Source: a virus. From it: a DNA stretch of 41,387 nt. The first letter of the stretch is position 1, and every line of letters begins with the position of its first letter. Under the pieces are notes generated by a model. The model was not told the DNA's origin. It did not search any database and saw nothing but the letters and a program-made list of their open reading frames with translations. The stretch spans positions 1 to 41,387 of IMG/VR virus record IMGVR_UViG_3300028840_003126; one strand, written 5' to 3'. Shown in pieces: positions 18,615-27,385 of this stretch. The position numbers and the translations under genes were made by a program.

Positions 18615-20150
18615 TTATTTGGCAGCATCTTTCTGGGCAGCATCATCCTGAAACTTGACCACTGCCTTTTCATATGCAGCATCAAATTCATCACCTTCCG
18701 TTTTCCCGGTTTCTTTTTCGGCTGCCTTTAATGCCTTTTCATGAATGGCCTGCCTGTCAGCTGCATCACCTTCAAATTGATCTTCCATTTTGTCACCACC
18801 TGGTCCGGTTGACTTTTCAGATAGGTCCACAATCAATTTCCCATCCTGGTCAACCTGGAAGATCTGTTCCAGCATTTCTTCAAATGCATTTAAGTGATCC
18901 ATTTCCACGGTCTTGCCATCAGCCTGAAATTTTACTGTTCCGGTCTGTGGCAACTGCTGCATAAATGGCACCATTGCTTCATCAATGATGGCCGGTGCAA
19001 TGTTCCGCTTTTTCAATTTGTCTGCTATGGCCTTGACTCTGGCATCAAATTTTTCACCGGCTTCCTTCTGTAATTTCTTTTTGTATTCTTCCGGTGACAT
19101 CCCAAAATCATTCTGGAATTTTTCCACATAGCCTTGATCTTTGGCATTCTGCAGATCTTCATCAGTGAATTGCTTTTCTGACATTGTTTTATCCCCCTGG
19201 TTAAATTTATTTATTTCGGTTTTTAAAATGGTTGATCCCTGATTTAATAAATTTTTAATTTCCTTCTTTTTTGTTTTTTGATCTTTGTCTTTGTCATATA
19301 GTACCTTATCAATAAAATCGGTGACCTTCCACCAGACTTGCCTGATTCCCCTTAATTTGGTGTCCATGTCAATGGCTGCTTTCAGATCCACTTCCTGGAA
19401 ATCAATTTCCTGCAGAAGATCCTGGACATCAATTTTAAATTGATCATCATCTTCCATTTTTATTTCATTCCGTTCATATTTCTGGTGGCAATCTTCACAC
19501 AATAATCTGTAGGATTTCGGGTGGTTCATGATGTCATAATACCTGGCTTTTTGACCACGGCCACGGCCAGACAATCCGGTCTTCCGGACATGGGCAAATT
19601 GCAATTTCTTTTTTGATTTGCACTTGAAACATTTTCCACCAAACTTTTCACGCAGTTCATCCATATCCACCTGGGCAAATAATTCATGATCGATGACCAC
19701 AGCTTCATCATCTGTTTCATCCAAAAATTCCATGATGGGAAGTTTGTGGAATGGTGCAGTGCCACCCAATAAAGCCAGGGCATTGATTCTTTTTTTGTCC
19801 GGGTTGACTTCCACAGACCGGTGTGGATATGCCCTGTTTTTTAATTCTTCAAACACTGCAGCCGGTATCTTCACCAGGTCAGTCACAATTTCATTTCCTT
19901 TGACCACCAGATTGTCCAGGAATCCCCTGGCTGGTTTTTCATCTGCCTGCCCTTCTTTGTTATGGCCAATAATGACAGAAGGAAAAAAACCATCCTTTTT
20001 TTCCTTTTCAAAATTGCCTATGGCTTCCTTGGCCCATTCTTTGGTATATGGAAATCCTTTGTGTCTGCCCAGCCTGAATATTTCCAGGCCACGTATATTC
20101 ACAGATTTGTCATCATTGACATCATGTGCATACTGTTTGAATTGTTTCAT
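18615..20150 (-). CDS. Prohead protease/scaffold-like protein (511 aa) with an embedded HNH-like Zn-finger nuclease motif
   Basis: The N-terminal ~145 aa resemble Mu gpI/DUF2213-type proteins. Residues 174-222 read CFKC..QFAHV..NH..CEDCH. The C-terminal half is acidic and coiled-coil (scaffold-like). Confidence 0.7.
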   Translation of the reverse strand: MKQFKQYAHDVNDDKSVNIRGLEIFRLGRHKGFPYTKEWAKEAIGNFEKEKKDGFFPSVIIGHNKEGQADEKPARGFLDNLVVKGNEIVTDLVKIPAAVFEELKNRAYPHRSVEVNPDKKRINALALLGGTAPFHKLPIMEFLDETDDEAVVIDHELFAQVDMDELREKFGGKCFKCKSKKKLQFAHVRKTGLSGRGRGQKARYYDIMNHPKSYRLLCEDCHQKYERNEIKMEDDDQFKIDVQDLLQEIDFQEVDLKAAIDMDTKLRGIRQVWWKVTDFIDKVLYDKDKDQKTKKKEIKNLLNQGSTILKTEINKFNQGDKTMSEKQFTDEDLQNAKDQGYVEKFQNDFGMSPEEYKKKLQKEAGEKFDARVKAIADKLKKRNIAPAIIDEAMVPFMQQLPQTGTVKFQADGKTVEMDHLNAFEEMLEQIFQVDQDGKLIVDLSEKSTGPGGDKMEDQFEGDAADRQAIHEKALKAAEKETGKTEGDEFDAAYEKAVVKFQDDAAQKDAAK

Positions 20151-20162
20151 GGTTATCCCCTT

Positions 20163-20402
20163 TTAATATATCAGATCCCGGTCATCCCGGTCATCTATAA
20201 TTTCAATGATTTTACCATCAGGATCCTGTTCCAGCATGGCCAGGGCAATGTGATATTCCGGGAATGGATCAGATGGTGATATACCATCCGGATCCATCTG
20301 GACATTCAATATGTCCTGGATCTTTTTATCATCACTGGTCCACTGGTTTCCTTCAATTGTGGCCTGTTCTCCAAATATTTGGATGGTCACTTCTGACATC
20401 AA
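20163..20402 (-). CDS. Hypothetical acidic protein (79 aa)
   Basis: ORF track. Overlaps the upstream gene by 4 nt. Confidence 0.6.
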   Translation of the reverse strand: MMSEVTIQIFGEQATIEGNQWTSDDKKIQDILNVQMDPDGISPSDPFPEYHIALAMLEQDPDGKIIEIIDDRDDRDLIY

Positions 20403-22060
20403 TATTTTCCCCTGACCAAATTATATATAAAATCAAAATATTCCGGATCACCAACTGCCAGGGCATATGGATCCTTATAATAATATTCTAATCCCATGGA
20501 CAATATTTCACTGGCCCGGCCACCATAATCCTTGCCCATATATGGATTTATAAATTTATCCCTTTTTGTGCCTTCATGCCTTCTGTATGAATCACCCAGC
20601 CAGGTTGTTCTTTCATTAAATGTTCTTTTCTGATAAAATCTTTGGATCTGTTCCTGGACTTTTGGGTGTAGATCTTCCAGCCAGTGTCCTAATTCATGGA
20701 CCACTGCCCTGGCACCAGAATTTGGTCCCAGGTTGACTGATGGACCACGGCCATCCGGATCCTTATCATGAAAATATGCCCTGGATGATGACACCTTTTT
20801 GAACTGCAGTTTATTGGCATCGGTCATGTCAGCAGGATCCAGGATGTCTTTGCTGATGAATCTGGTGAAATACTGGATGCCGGACCTGATCTGACTTTGC
20901 ATCTGTGTGTCCCTGGTCCGGATTTTATGTCCCAGCTTAAATCCAAAATCTCCGGATTCCTTGACATACAATTTCTGACTTAAATCACTGGTCAGATTTC
21001 GCCTGGCATCATTGACTTTGGATAATTGTTTATGCCATTTATTCCATGCTTTTTCCTGCTGATCAGCCAGGGTTTCCATCTTATTTTTTAAATCAAAATA
21101 TTTTCTTTTCAGATCTGCTGGCCAGTTTTCATTTGGATCCCAGGATTGTGCCACCCTGAATCCTTCACCCTGGACATTTAACCACTTATTGTTTAATTCA
21201 TCCAGTGGTTCAGTGAATGATAACCATGTATTTTTATATTGATCAGATAGATTTTCCATTTTAATAATGGATTTCATCCTGGATTGATGTGTCTTGATGA
21301 TATCTTTCCGGATGACCGCAGGATCTGTGGCCACCGGTGGTTTTTTCTTTGGCACTTTTTTCCTGGCTGCTGCCCTGGCTTTTTTAACCTTATCCGGTGT
21401 GACAAATTTCATTTCATCCGGTTTCATCACCGGATTTCCTGATGATGCCTTTAAATTTTCAGATATATGCACCGGTCTGATCCGGCACCGGCAATTATGA
21501 TCCAGTGGTGGCTGCAGGATCTTCCAGACCGGATCATTTGCCGGTGCAGTATATTCATTATTATCCCGGTGTGATTTTCTTTCCCGGCCATCCAATGTGG
21601 TGACATATTGCCATAATGGAAATTCAGATATATCTGACTGTTTCATCATGGCCATACTGCCTTCATTTAAGGCAGTTTGCATATTATTCCGGAATACAGT
21701 TTTTAAATGATAATCATTTAAGGCATGCATTCCTGAATTCATGAATATTGTGTCTACATTTGCCAGCCATTCTGCAGTGGGAATTCCGGTGGCCAGGGCA
21801 TTGTCAATTGATTTTTTTATGTCATCCAATAATCTTTGGCTGTCTATTTTGGCCACAGTAAATGCAAACTTTCTGGACTTTTTATCCAGCTTTAAAAATT
21901 CATTTTTGGTGATGATGTTTTTTGATATAAAAAATTTCACAGCTTCATCATAAGCTGTGGGAATGTCATCAGCCTGAAATTCTTTTGCCTTCATTTTTCC
22001 CATAAGATCATTCATGTCATTCCTGCCATATAGATCAGCCAGGATCATGGACCTGGCCAC
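20399..22060 (-). CDS. Head morphogenesis protein (Mu F / SPP1 gp7 family) fused to a C-terminal HExxH domain, 553 aa
   Basis: YVTTLDGRERKSHRDNNEY...PPLDHNCRCRIRPV is the Phage_Mu_F signature. VVHELGHWLEDLH lies at residues 453-465. Confidence 0.8.
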   Translation of the reverse strand: MARSMILADLYGRNDMNDLMGKMKAKEFQADDIPTAYDEAVKFFISKNIITKNEFLKLDKKSRKFAFTVAKIDSQRLLDDIKKSIDNALATGIPTAEWLANVDTIFMNSGMHALNDYHLKTVFRNNMQTALNEGSMAMMKQSDISEFPLWQYVTTLDGRERKSHRDNNEYTAPANDPVWKILQPPLDHNCRCRIRPVHISENLKASSGNPVMKPDEMKFVTPDKVKKARAAARKKVPKKKPPVATDPAVIRKDIIKTHQSRMKSIIKMENLSDQYKNTWLSFTEPLDELNNKWLNVQGEGFRVAQSWDPNENWPADLKRKYFDLKNKMETLADQQEKAWNKWHKQLSKVNDARRNLTSDLSQKLYVKESGDFGFKLGHKIRTRDTQMQSQIRSGIQYFTRFISKDILDPADMTDANKLQFKKVSSSRAYFHDKDPDGRGPSVNLGPNSGARAVVHELGHWLEDLHPKVQEQIQRFYQKRTFNERTTWLGDSYRRHEGTKRDKFINPYMGKDYGGRASEILSMGLEYYYKDPYALAVGDPEYFDFIYNLVRGKY

Positions 22061-22119
22061 AACTTCTGAATATTCATCAATCGGAAAATATTTTAATCTT
22101 AGATCCCTTTTGATTTGTT

Positions 22120-23517
22120 TCAGATTTTTTTTTTACTGTCCTTTTTGAACCAATTTAAAAAACCGGTCCAGGTTTTCACGCCCTGATTCTGGTATTGCTC
22201 ATATAATTGTTCATATTCATCCGGATCCGGGATAAAATCATCCTGGAATTCCTGCATGTCTTTTCTGTTGTCCGGTTTTTTGGCCTGTGGTTCCCCACTT
22301 TGCACTTCTGATGGCTGCAAAATATCCATTCCATCTGTGGCCATCGGAATGCCGGTGGATTCATGTGCCCATTGCACCGGGATTTTCATTCCGGCATTGA
22401 CCAGATTTGCCAGTGTCTGTGATAGTGAAATCAGGGCACCAATGTCAATGCCTAAAAATTTGAATTTGGGATATACATCTGTCAGGAAATTATAATCCAC
22501 CAGCCTTTTTATAATTTGCTCATTGACAGCATGTGAAATGTCAAAGGCATCAAAGGCCACATAATCTTCCATGGTCTGGGCATGTGTCTGTCCCAGGGCA
22601 TAGGATCCCTGGCCCCTTTTTCCTTCTTCACTGGACAGTGTTTGGCCAATGATGATTTTGCTGATTTCTTTGTTGCACCGTTCAATGAAATTGTCATAAC
22701 CGACTTCACCGGATCTTTCAGCTTCCAGGAAATCCACCACAAAACCTTTTGGCACTCGGATCCCGGTATCCTTCCGGACAGCTTCCAGAATTTCATCCAC
22801 CTTGGCAATTTCTTCCGGTGTGGCCTTGGCTGGCATTTCCACCCTGGTCAATGGCATTCCAAATCTTTCAGAAAATATGGCCCAGAATTTTGCTTCATTT
22901 TCTTTTAACCACACCCAGAATGCAGACTTTGCACCAAATGAATCACCATATGGGTTTTCATCATTTGGTCCATTGATAATATGGACAAATTTGTATGTGG
23001 GCATCACTTTTTCTTCCGGATCAAATTGCTTTATGATCCATCGGCCATATCTGTCAAACTTGAATGTGAAATATTTGGCCGGTTTAAATCGCAATGATTG
23101 CAATCCCACTTTGCCCTGGTATCTGCCACGGACCAGTCTGGCATAATTGATTTCTGTCAGGCTGAATCCTTTGCTGATTTTATCCAGCATGGCTTCCAGG
23201 TCATTTTCAAAACTTCCATGCATGGCTTCCAGTTGATGATTGACAAAATCTGAAATCTGGATGTCCCTGGCAGAATCAGATGCAGGATCCACACGCCATC
23301 CCTTTTTCATCAGTTTCTGTCTTCTGGTGGCCAGGACACTGGTGAAATGTGTGTCCCTTTCCACCTTTTTTTCCAGATATTCCATCCCTTTGGATGATAT
23401 CAACTTGTCCGGGTTTTCTTTGTCGGATATTCCATATTTATATAAAATATCATACCCGGCTGCAGCTGCCTGGGTGAAGATCCTGGGATCCGTTTTGGTG
23501 TTTTTTTGTTCTGCCAT
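22120..23517 (-). CDS. Portal protein (Mu gp29 / DUF935-like), 465 aa
   Basis: Size and position between TerL and the Mu-F-like gene fit. Sequence character resembles the family by eye. Confidence 0.8.
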   Translation of the reverse strand: MAEQKNTKTDPRIFTQAAAAGYDILYKYGISDKENPDKLISSKGMEYLEKKVERDTHFTSVLATRRQKLMKKGWRVDPASDSARDIQISDFVNHQLEAMHGSFENDLEAMLDKISKGFSLTEINYARLVRGRYQGKVGLQSLRFKPAKYFTFKFDRYGRWIIKQFDPEEKVMPTYKFVHIINGPNDENPYGDSFGAKSAFWVWLKENEAKFWAIFSERFGMPLTRVEMPAKATPEEIAKVDEILEAVRKDTGIRVPKGFVVDFLEAERSGEVGYDNFIERCNKEISKIIIGQTLSSEEGKRGQGSYALGQTHAQTMEDYVAFDAFDISHAVNEQIIKRLVDYNFLTDVYPKFKFLGIDIGALISLSQTLANLVNAGMKIPVQWAHESTGIPMATDGMDILQPSEVQSGEPQAKKPDNRKDMQEFQDDFIPDPDEYEQLYEQYQNQGVKTWTGFLNWFKKDSKKKI

Positions 23518-23540
23518 AATTTGGTTTTTTTAGATGGTTT

Positions 23541-23828
23541 TTAATTTGCTTTTTTTTCTGCCACCAGGTCATCTACATTTTTGATGGCATCCCAGACATC
23601 CTTTGAATTTTTAAATATATCCACCAGTTCTGTCTGTGACAGATCACCATCTTCTGCATGCTTGCCAATAACTGTCAAAGCTTCATCCAGTTCTTTGGCC
23701 ACCGGGTTTAATGCCTTGGCCCATTTGGATCCAGACATGATGATTTTTTTCAATCCCCACTTGCCACCAAAATATGTGAACACCAGGGCCAGGATTGTGC
23801 TGATGATTGTAGTCAGATCAAAATCCAT
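23541..23828 (-). CDS. Small protein with an N-terminal TM helix (95 aa)
   Basis: TTIISTILALVFTYFGG followed by an amphipathic charged region. Confidence 0.6.
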   Translation of the reverse strand: MDFDLTTIISTILALVFTYFGGKWGLKKIIMSGSKWAKALNPVAKELDEALTVIGKHAEDGDLSQTELVDIFKNSKDVWDAIKNVDDLVAEKKAN

Positions 23829-23886
23829 GATCTTCCCCTTTCTTTATTTGTTTATGTCCCGGCAATACATTAAAAGATTGCCACCA

Positions 23887-25458
23887 TTAATTTATAAAAT
23901 CTGAATAACTTTCATTTGAATGATCTACCTGATCAATGATCGATGCAGCCAGATTTGATGTGATGATCTGGCCACCTTCCACAGCCAGCATTCCCAGGTC
24001 CGGTTCCAGCAGCATTTTATCATTTGCACAGGCCATGGCCATATTGGTTGAATCAAAGGCATCATCACCGATTTCCGGTTTTATGGCTTCCAGGGTGGGA
24101 TAAGATGAATTATTCATCACTTCCCGGATATTAAGCAAACATTGCTTTAATCTGAAAGCCATTTTTGCAATGTGCCGGTCATCTGTTTTGTCAAAATATG
24201 GAATGATCAGTTTTTTTGCTTCAATCTTCACCTTGGTGATCCCACCGGCCAGGTACTTAAATCGGCCAGTGTTCCACTTTGGTGTGAAGGCCCATTTTTC
24301 CCAATTAGATGGCTTATTCTCCGGAAATTCCTGCCTGTCTATATCAATTAGACCACGGTCAAATAATCTGTCATTTAACATGGCAATATCATTTGCTTTC
24401 AAGGCATCACCATATCCGGCACTGACACCATAATATTCCCACCAGTCACCGGCTTCTTTCATGATCAGTTCCGGATCTGTGGTGGATTCCCATTCCTTGC
24501 CATTCAGCCACAGGGCCACATCACCGATCATTTCAATAATATCCATCCTATAAACTGAATGCTGTTTCCCTTCCCCGGAATGGCCCATATCTAATCCCAG
24601 ATAAGTGGTTCCCCTGGGCCTGTAGGATCCGGACCGGTATTCCACACCCTGCCATCCGATCCGCAATGCTTCCATCAGGCATTCACGCAGATGTGTTTCC
24701 CAGATAAAATTCCTGGCATCTGTATATTTCAAAAGATAGATTCTCAGCCACTGATCATCTGTCAGTTTGTCCCTGATTTCTTCAATGGCCACTTTATCAT
24801 ATATGCCAAATTCCAGGCCATCATATATATCAAATTTTGGGACCAGGGCATATCCAGGATCATTTTCATATTCAAACATCGGACCTTTTCCCCACTGGAT
24901 GGTCCCTGACAGCCGGATCCGCAATGGAAGGCCAGACACATTTTTCCGGCCACCACGCTGGATGACTCTGTTTGTCCAGATTTCAAGATCCATGTCATCC
25001 CATTCTTCACCACGCAGTATTGTTGCATTTTCACTGTCAAAATTAGATCTGATGCCAAATGTTTCTGCACCGGATCTGTTCAAAAATTCATATTTTGTTT
25101 CACTGATCTGTTTTTTGCCACGCCTGGTGGCAATCCAGGATGATAATATTTCAGATATTTCAATAAATTCCAGCTGTTCTTTTAGGGCATTATTTGCCTG
25201 TTTCTGCACCGGACCAAAAATCATTTCTTTTTCATATGGATTTGTGGCCACTTCTTCCAGGCATACAGCTTCCATGTCCCAGGTCTTTCCAAATCTCGGT
25301 GGCCACACCTGGACCACCTTTGGATGTTCCTTTATCACTTGCATGGCTATGATCTGCCAGGGATCTGTATCCTTGCCGGTTTTGTGTTTTATCCATGATG
25401 GTGTGTCACCCTTGAATTTCATCACAGCTTCTTCCACCCTCAATGATGCCTTAATCAT
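23887..25458 (-). CDS. terL: Terminase large subunit (523 aa)
   Basis: Walker-A-like VWPPRFGKTW. Size and position upstream of the portal gene fit. Confidence 0.85.
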   Translation of the reverse strand: MIKASLRVEEAVMKFKGDTPSWIKHKTGKDTDPWQIIAMQVIKEHPKVVQVWPPRFGKTWDMEAVCLEEVATNPYEKEMIFGPVQKQANNALKEQLEFIEISEILSSWIATRRGKKQISETKYEFLNRSGAETFGIRSNFDSENATILRGEEWDDMDLEIWTNRVIQRGGRKNVSGLPLRIRLSGTIQWGKGPMFEYENDPGYALVPKFDIYDGLEFGIYDKVAIEEIRDKLTDDQWLRIYLLKYTDARNFIWETHLRECLMEALRIGWQGVEYRSGSYRPRGTTYLGLDMGHSGEGKQHSVYRMDIIEMIGDVALWLNGKEWESTTDPELIMKEAGDWWEYYGVSAGYGDALKANDIAMLNDRLFDRGLIDIDRQEFPENKPSNWEKWAFTPKWNTGRFKYLAGGITKVKIEAKKLIIPYFDKTDDRHIAKMAFRLKQCLLNIREVMNNSSYPTLEAIKPEIGDDAFDSTNMAMACANDKMLLEPDLGMLAVEGGQIITSNLAASIIDQVDHSNESYSDFIN

Positions 25459-26336
25459 TTATCATCCTTTTCGGCTGTCTTCTGCTTTTCATAATTTTTC
25501 AGGGCATCATCCTGGTTTCTTTTATCCATGGCTGTGGTGATTTTATCTTTCAGGTCCTGCAGACCGGATTTCTGTTGCTGCATAAATTCTTTCAGATCCT
25601 GGGATTTTCCTTCTTCACCCTGCAGATATCCATCAATATTGTCCTGTTCCTGTTTTTTGGCCGGTGTCATCAATTGCTGGTCTGCAGACATACCCAGGAC
25701 ATTCATCAATTCCGGGATCCTCTTGATCAATGGATTTTCCTGCCATTCCAGGACAGTGATGGTTTCATCATCATGGTCATAATCATGTTCTGAATCTGCT
25801 GCCCGGATCTGGCTGGTTTTCTGGCTGATCTTTTTTGGCTGCAATGTCCCTTTGTCCAGGACCTGTTGCAATGACATTGCCAGGATCTGAAACACCCTGG
25901 CATGTGTGATGCCGGTGATCTGTTTTAAATTGTCCACCTTGCCATCTTCAAATGCCTGCAGGAATGCCATGACCGGTCCCAATTGGACCGGACAATATTG
26001 AAAATTATCCTTGCATTCATCAAAATATGGACAGCCGGTGCATTCCTGATATTTGCCGGTGATGGCCGGTGCCATCAAATGCAATTTTCTGGATCTTAAT
26101 CCATGTTTATATCCATTCAGGGATGACCTTTTCTTCCCACCTGGTGTTTTGGGACCGGTGGCACTATCCCACATTTTGTGAAGGTTAGCATAATAGTGTG
26201 GAACTTCATGGATGTTTTCCTGGCAGGATGGACAATGGGCCACAGGGCCATCATCCAGATCTTCTGTCCATTGGCTGGTCCGGAAATATTCCCGGCATGA
26301 CTTGCAGAAAAAATGTTTTGAATCTTTGTCTGTCAC
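25455..26336 (-). CDS. Terminase small subunit candidate / Cys-rich DNA-binding protein (293 aa), GTG start
   Basis: Overlaps the terL start by 4 nt. CKSC..CPSC and CTGC..C..C clusters. The start codon at 26336-26334 is GTG, with GAAGG 7 nt upstream. Confidence 0.5.
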   Translation of the reverse strand: MTDKDSKHFFCKSCREYFRTSQWTEDLDDGPVAHCPSCQENIHEVPHYYANLHKMWDSATGPKTPGGKKRSSLNGYKHGLRSRKLHLMAPAITGKYQECTGCPYFDECKDNFQYCPVQLGPVMAFLQAFEDGKVDNLKQITGITHARVFQILAMSLQQVLDKGTLQPKKISQKTSQIRAADSEHDYDHDDETITVLEWQENPLIKRIPELMNVLGMSADQQLMTPAKKQEQDNIDGYLQGEEGKSQDLKEFMQQQKSGLQDLKDKITTAMDKRNQDDALKNYEKQKTAEKDDK

Positions 26337-26339
26337 ATT

Positions 26340-26415
26340 GTGGCCTTCATTATTTATGGCACTTTCGACTTCGATTGTCTATTATAACAATATAAATGCC
26401 TTAAATGAAGGCCAC
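26340..26415 (-). promoter_or_regulatory. Perfect 12-bp inverted repeat (gtggccttcatt / aatgaaggccac, 52-nt loop) occluding the RBS of the TerS-like gene
   Basis: Arms at 26340-26351 and 26404-26415. In the minus-strand mRNA the 3' arm contains GAAGG and ends 3 nt before the GTG start. Confidence 0.5.
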
Positions 26416-26428
26416 ATATCAAAGATTA

Positions 26429-26641
26429 TCAAACATTATCAAATATATGATGATGTTTTTTCAGATAGTCTATTAAAAATTGACCCTGGATCTGATATCT
26501 TCCATTTGGGATCCGGATATAATCCAGCATGCCATTGTGGATCCTGGACCTGACAGTCTGATAATGGATTCCCAGGATCCCGGCCACTTCACACAGTGAA
26601 TATAATTTATCCGGATTTATGTGATCTGTTTTCAGATTCAT
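26429..26641 (-). CDS. Excisionase-family HTH DNA-binding protein (70 aa)
   Basis: LYSLCEVAGILGIHYQTVRSRIHNGMLDYIRIPNGRYQI matches the HTH_17/excisionase pattern by eye. Confidence 0.65.
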   Translation of the reverse strand: MNLKTDHINPDKLYSLCEVAGILGIHYQTVRSRIHNGMLDYIRIPNGRYQIQGQFLIDYLKKHHHIFDNV

Positions 26642-26668
26642 ATGCTTTCCTTATTTTTCTAAGATCTT

Positions 26669-26755
26669 TTAAAAATGATTTGCTGATCCCAAAACGGTCC
26701 ATGATGATTCAATTTCCTGGAATACAATTAAAAAATGTGATTTTGCTTTTTCCAT
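26669..26755 (-). CDS. 28-aa micro-ORF MEKAKSHFLIVFQEIESSWTVLGSANHF (C-terminus encoded by the 40-bp repeat)
   Basis: The ATG at 26755 lies 1 nt after the TGA of the upstream ORF. TAA at 26671-26669. Below the track size cutoff. Confidence 0.3.
   Translation of the reverse strand: MEKAKSHFLIVFQEIESSWTVLGSANHF
26672..26711. repeat. 40-bp exact repeat, copy 2
   Basis: Identical to 14001..14040. Confidence 0.9.
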
Positions 26756-26756
26756 A

Positions 26757-27002
26757 TCAGTTCACCTTCAATATTTCCGGCCAGCAGCCACCGCACTTTG
26801 TGCAATATACCGGCATCTTATATAAACCTAATTCCATGCGCCACCACAATGGTGTATAAATCCACCACTTCTGGTGCCTTGCCCTGCACCACCAGGATGG
26901 CTTTTGCCGGTTGATGGATCTTTCAACCTGGTCCTTTTGTTTTTCCAATTCACCGGCATAAATTTTTTTGACCTGGGCCATGATTTCATCTTCTTTTTTC
27001 AT
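26757..27002 (-). CDS. Hypothetical protein; the zero-frame tail is implausibly Trp-rich, so a -1 shift at the A4G run (26902-26905) is likely
   Basis: The track product ends ...SWWCRARHQKWWIYTPLWWRMELG... The -1 frame from the same point reads AILVVQGKAPEVVDLYTIVVAHGIRFI and stops at 26820-26818. Confidence 0.5.
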   Translation of the reverse strand: MKKEDEIMAQVKKIYAGELEKQKDQVERSINRQKPSWWCRARHQKWWIYTPLWWRMELGLYKMPVYCTKCGGCWPEILKVN

Positions 27003-27015
27003 AAATTTTCACCTT

Positions 27016-27043
27016 TTTTTTAATTTTTATTTTTAGTTTCATT
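27016..27043. repeat. 28-bp AT-rich direct repeat, copy 1 (ttttttaatttttatttttagtttcatt)
   Basis: Identical to 27343..27370. Confidence 0.9.
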
Positions 27044-27342
27044 TTTTTTATTTCTCCATTTATGTTCTGTGGCCTTGTTTGGATAGGAGTGGACCTGGGT
27101 GTCCCTTCCATAGACTCAAAGGCCCTGGATGCCCTTAGTTTACATAATGGTTATTATGTAACAGATTTCTGTTATTCATTGTTTATCTATGTGTATAATT
27201 GTGTAAGTATGTATAATTCATTCAGTTCCCCACTTGATTCCTGATTTCGGTGGATGACTGTTTTTCAGATGGGTGTGCCTGGCAGCATGATTGTGATAAT
27301 AACCTATTAATATAGTATCTTGTAAGAATCGTTTCGGTCTGC
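27044..27342. ncRNA. ORF-free structured segment between the 28-bp repeats (candidate ncRNA and/or attP arm region)
   Basis: No credible ORF. Nested stems: GGCCTT 27071-76 with AAGGCC 27119-24, enclosing GGAG-GGAC/GTCC-TTCC (27086-27109). Hairpin taacag/ctgtta at about 27160-27175. Confidence 0.3.
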
Positions 27343-27370
27343 TTTTTTAATTTTTATTTTTAGTTTCATT
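27343..27370. repeat. 28-bp AT-rich direct repeat, copy 2
   Basis: Identical to 27016..27043. Confidence 0.9.
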
Positions 27371-27385
27371 GGGTGATATTTTATA

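Noticed and set aside
27062-27244. The 60-aa plus-strand track ORF inside the repeat-bracketed segment.
   Set aside because: It would be the only plus-strand gene. It has no SD and a hydrophobic, low-complexity composition, and it overlaps the predicted stems.
26337-27385. A tRNA gene or tRNA-derived attP core near the integrase.
   Set aside because: I found no T-arm-like GGTTCGAATCC/GTTCRANYC motif or cloverleaf by eye in this or any other intergenic region. A tRNAscan run would be the decisive check.
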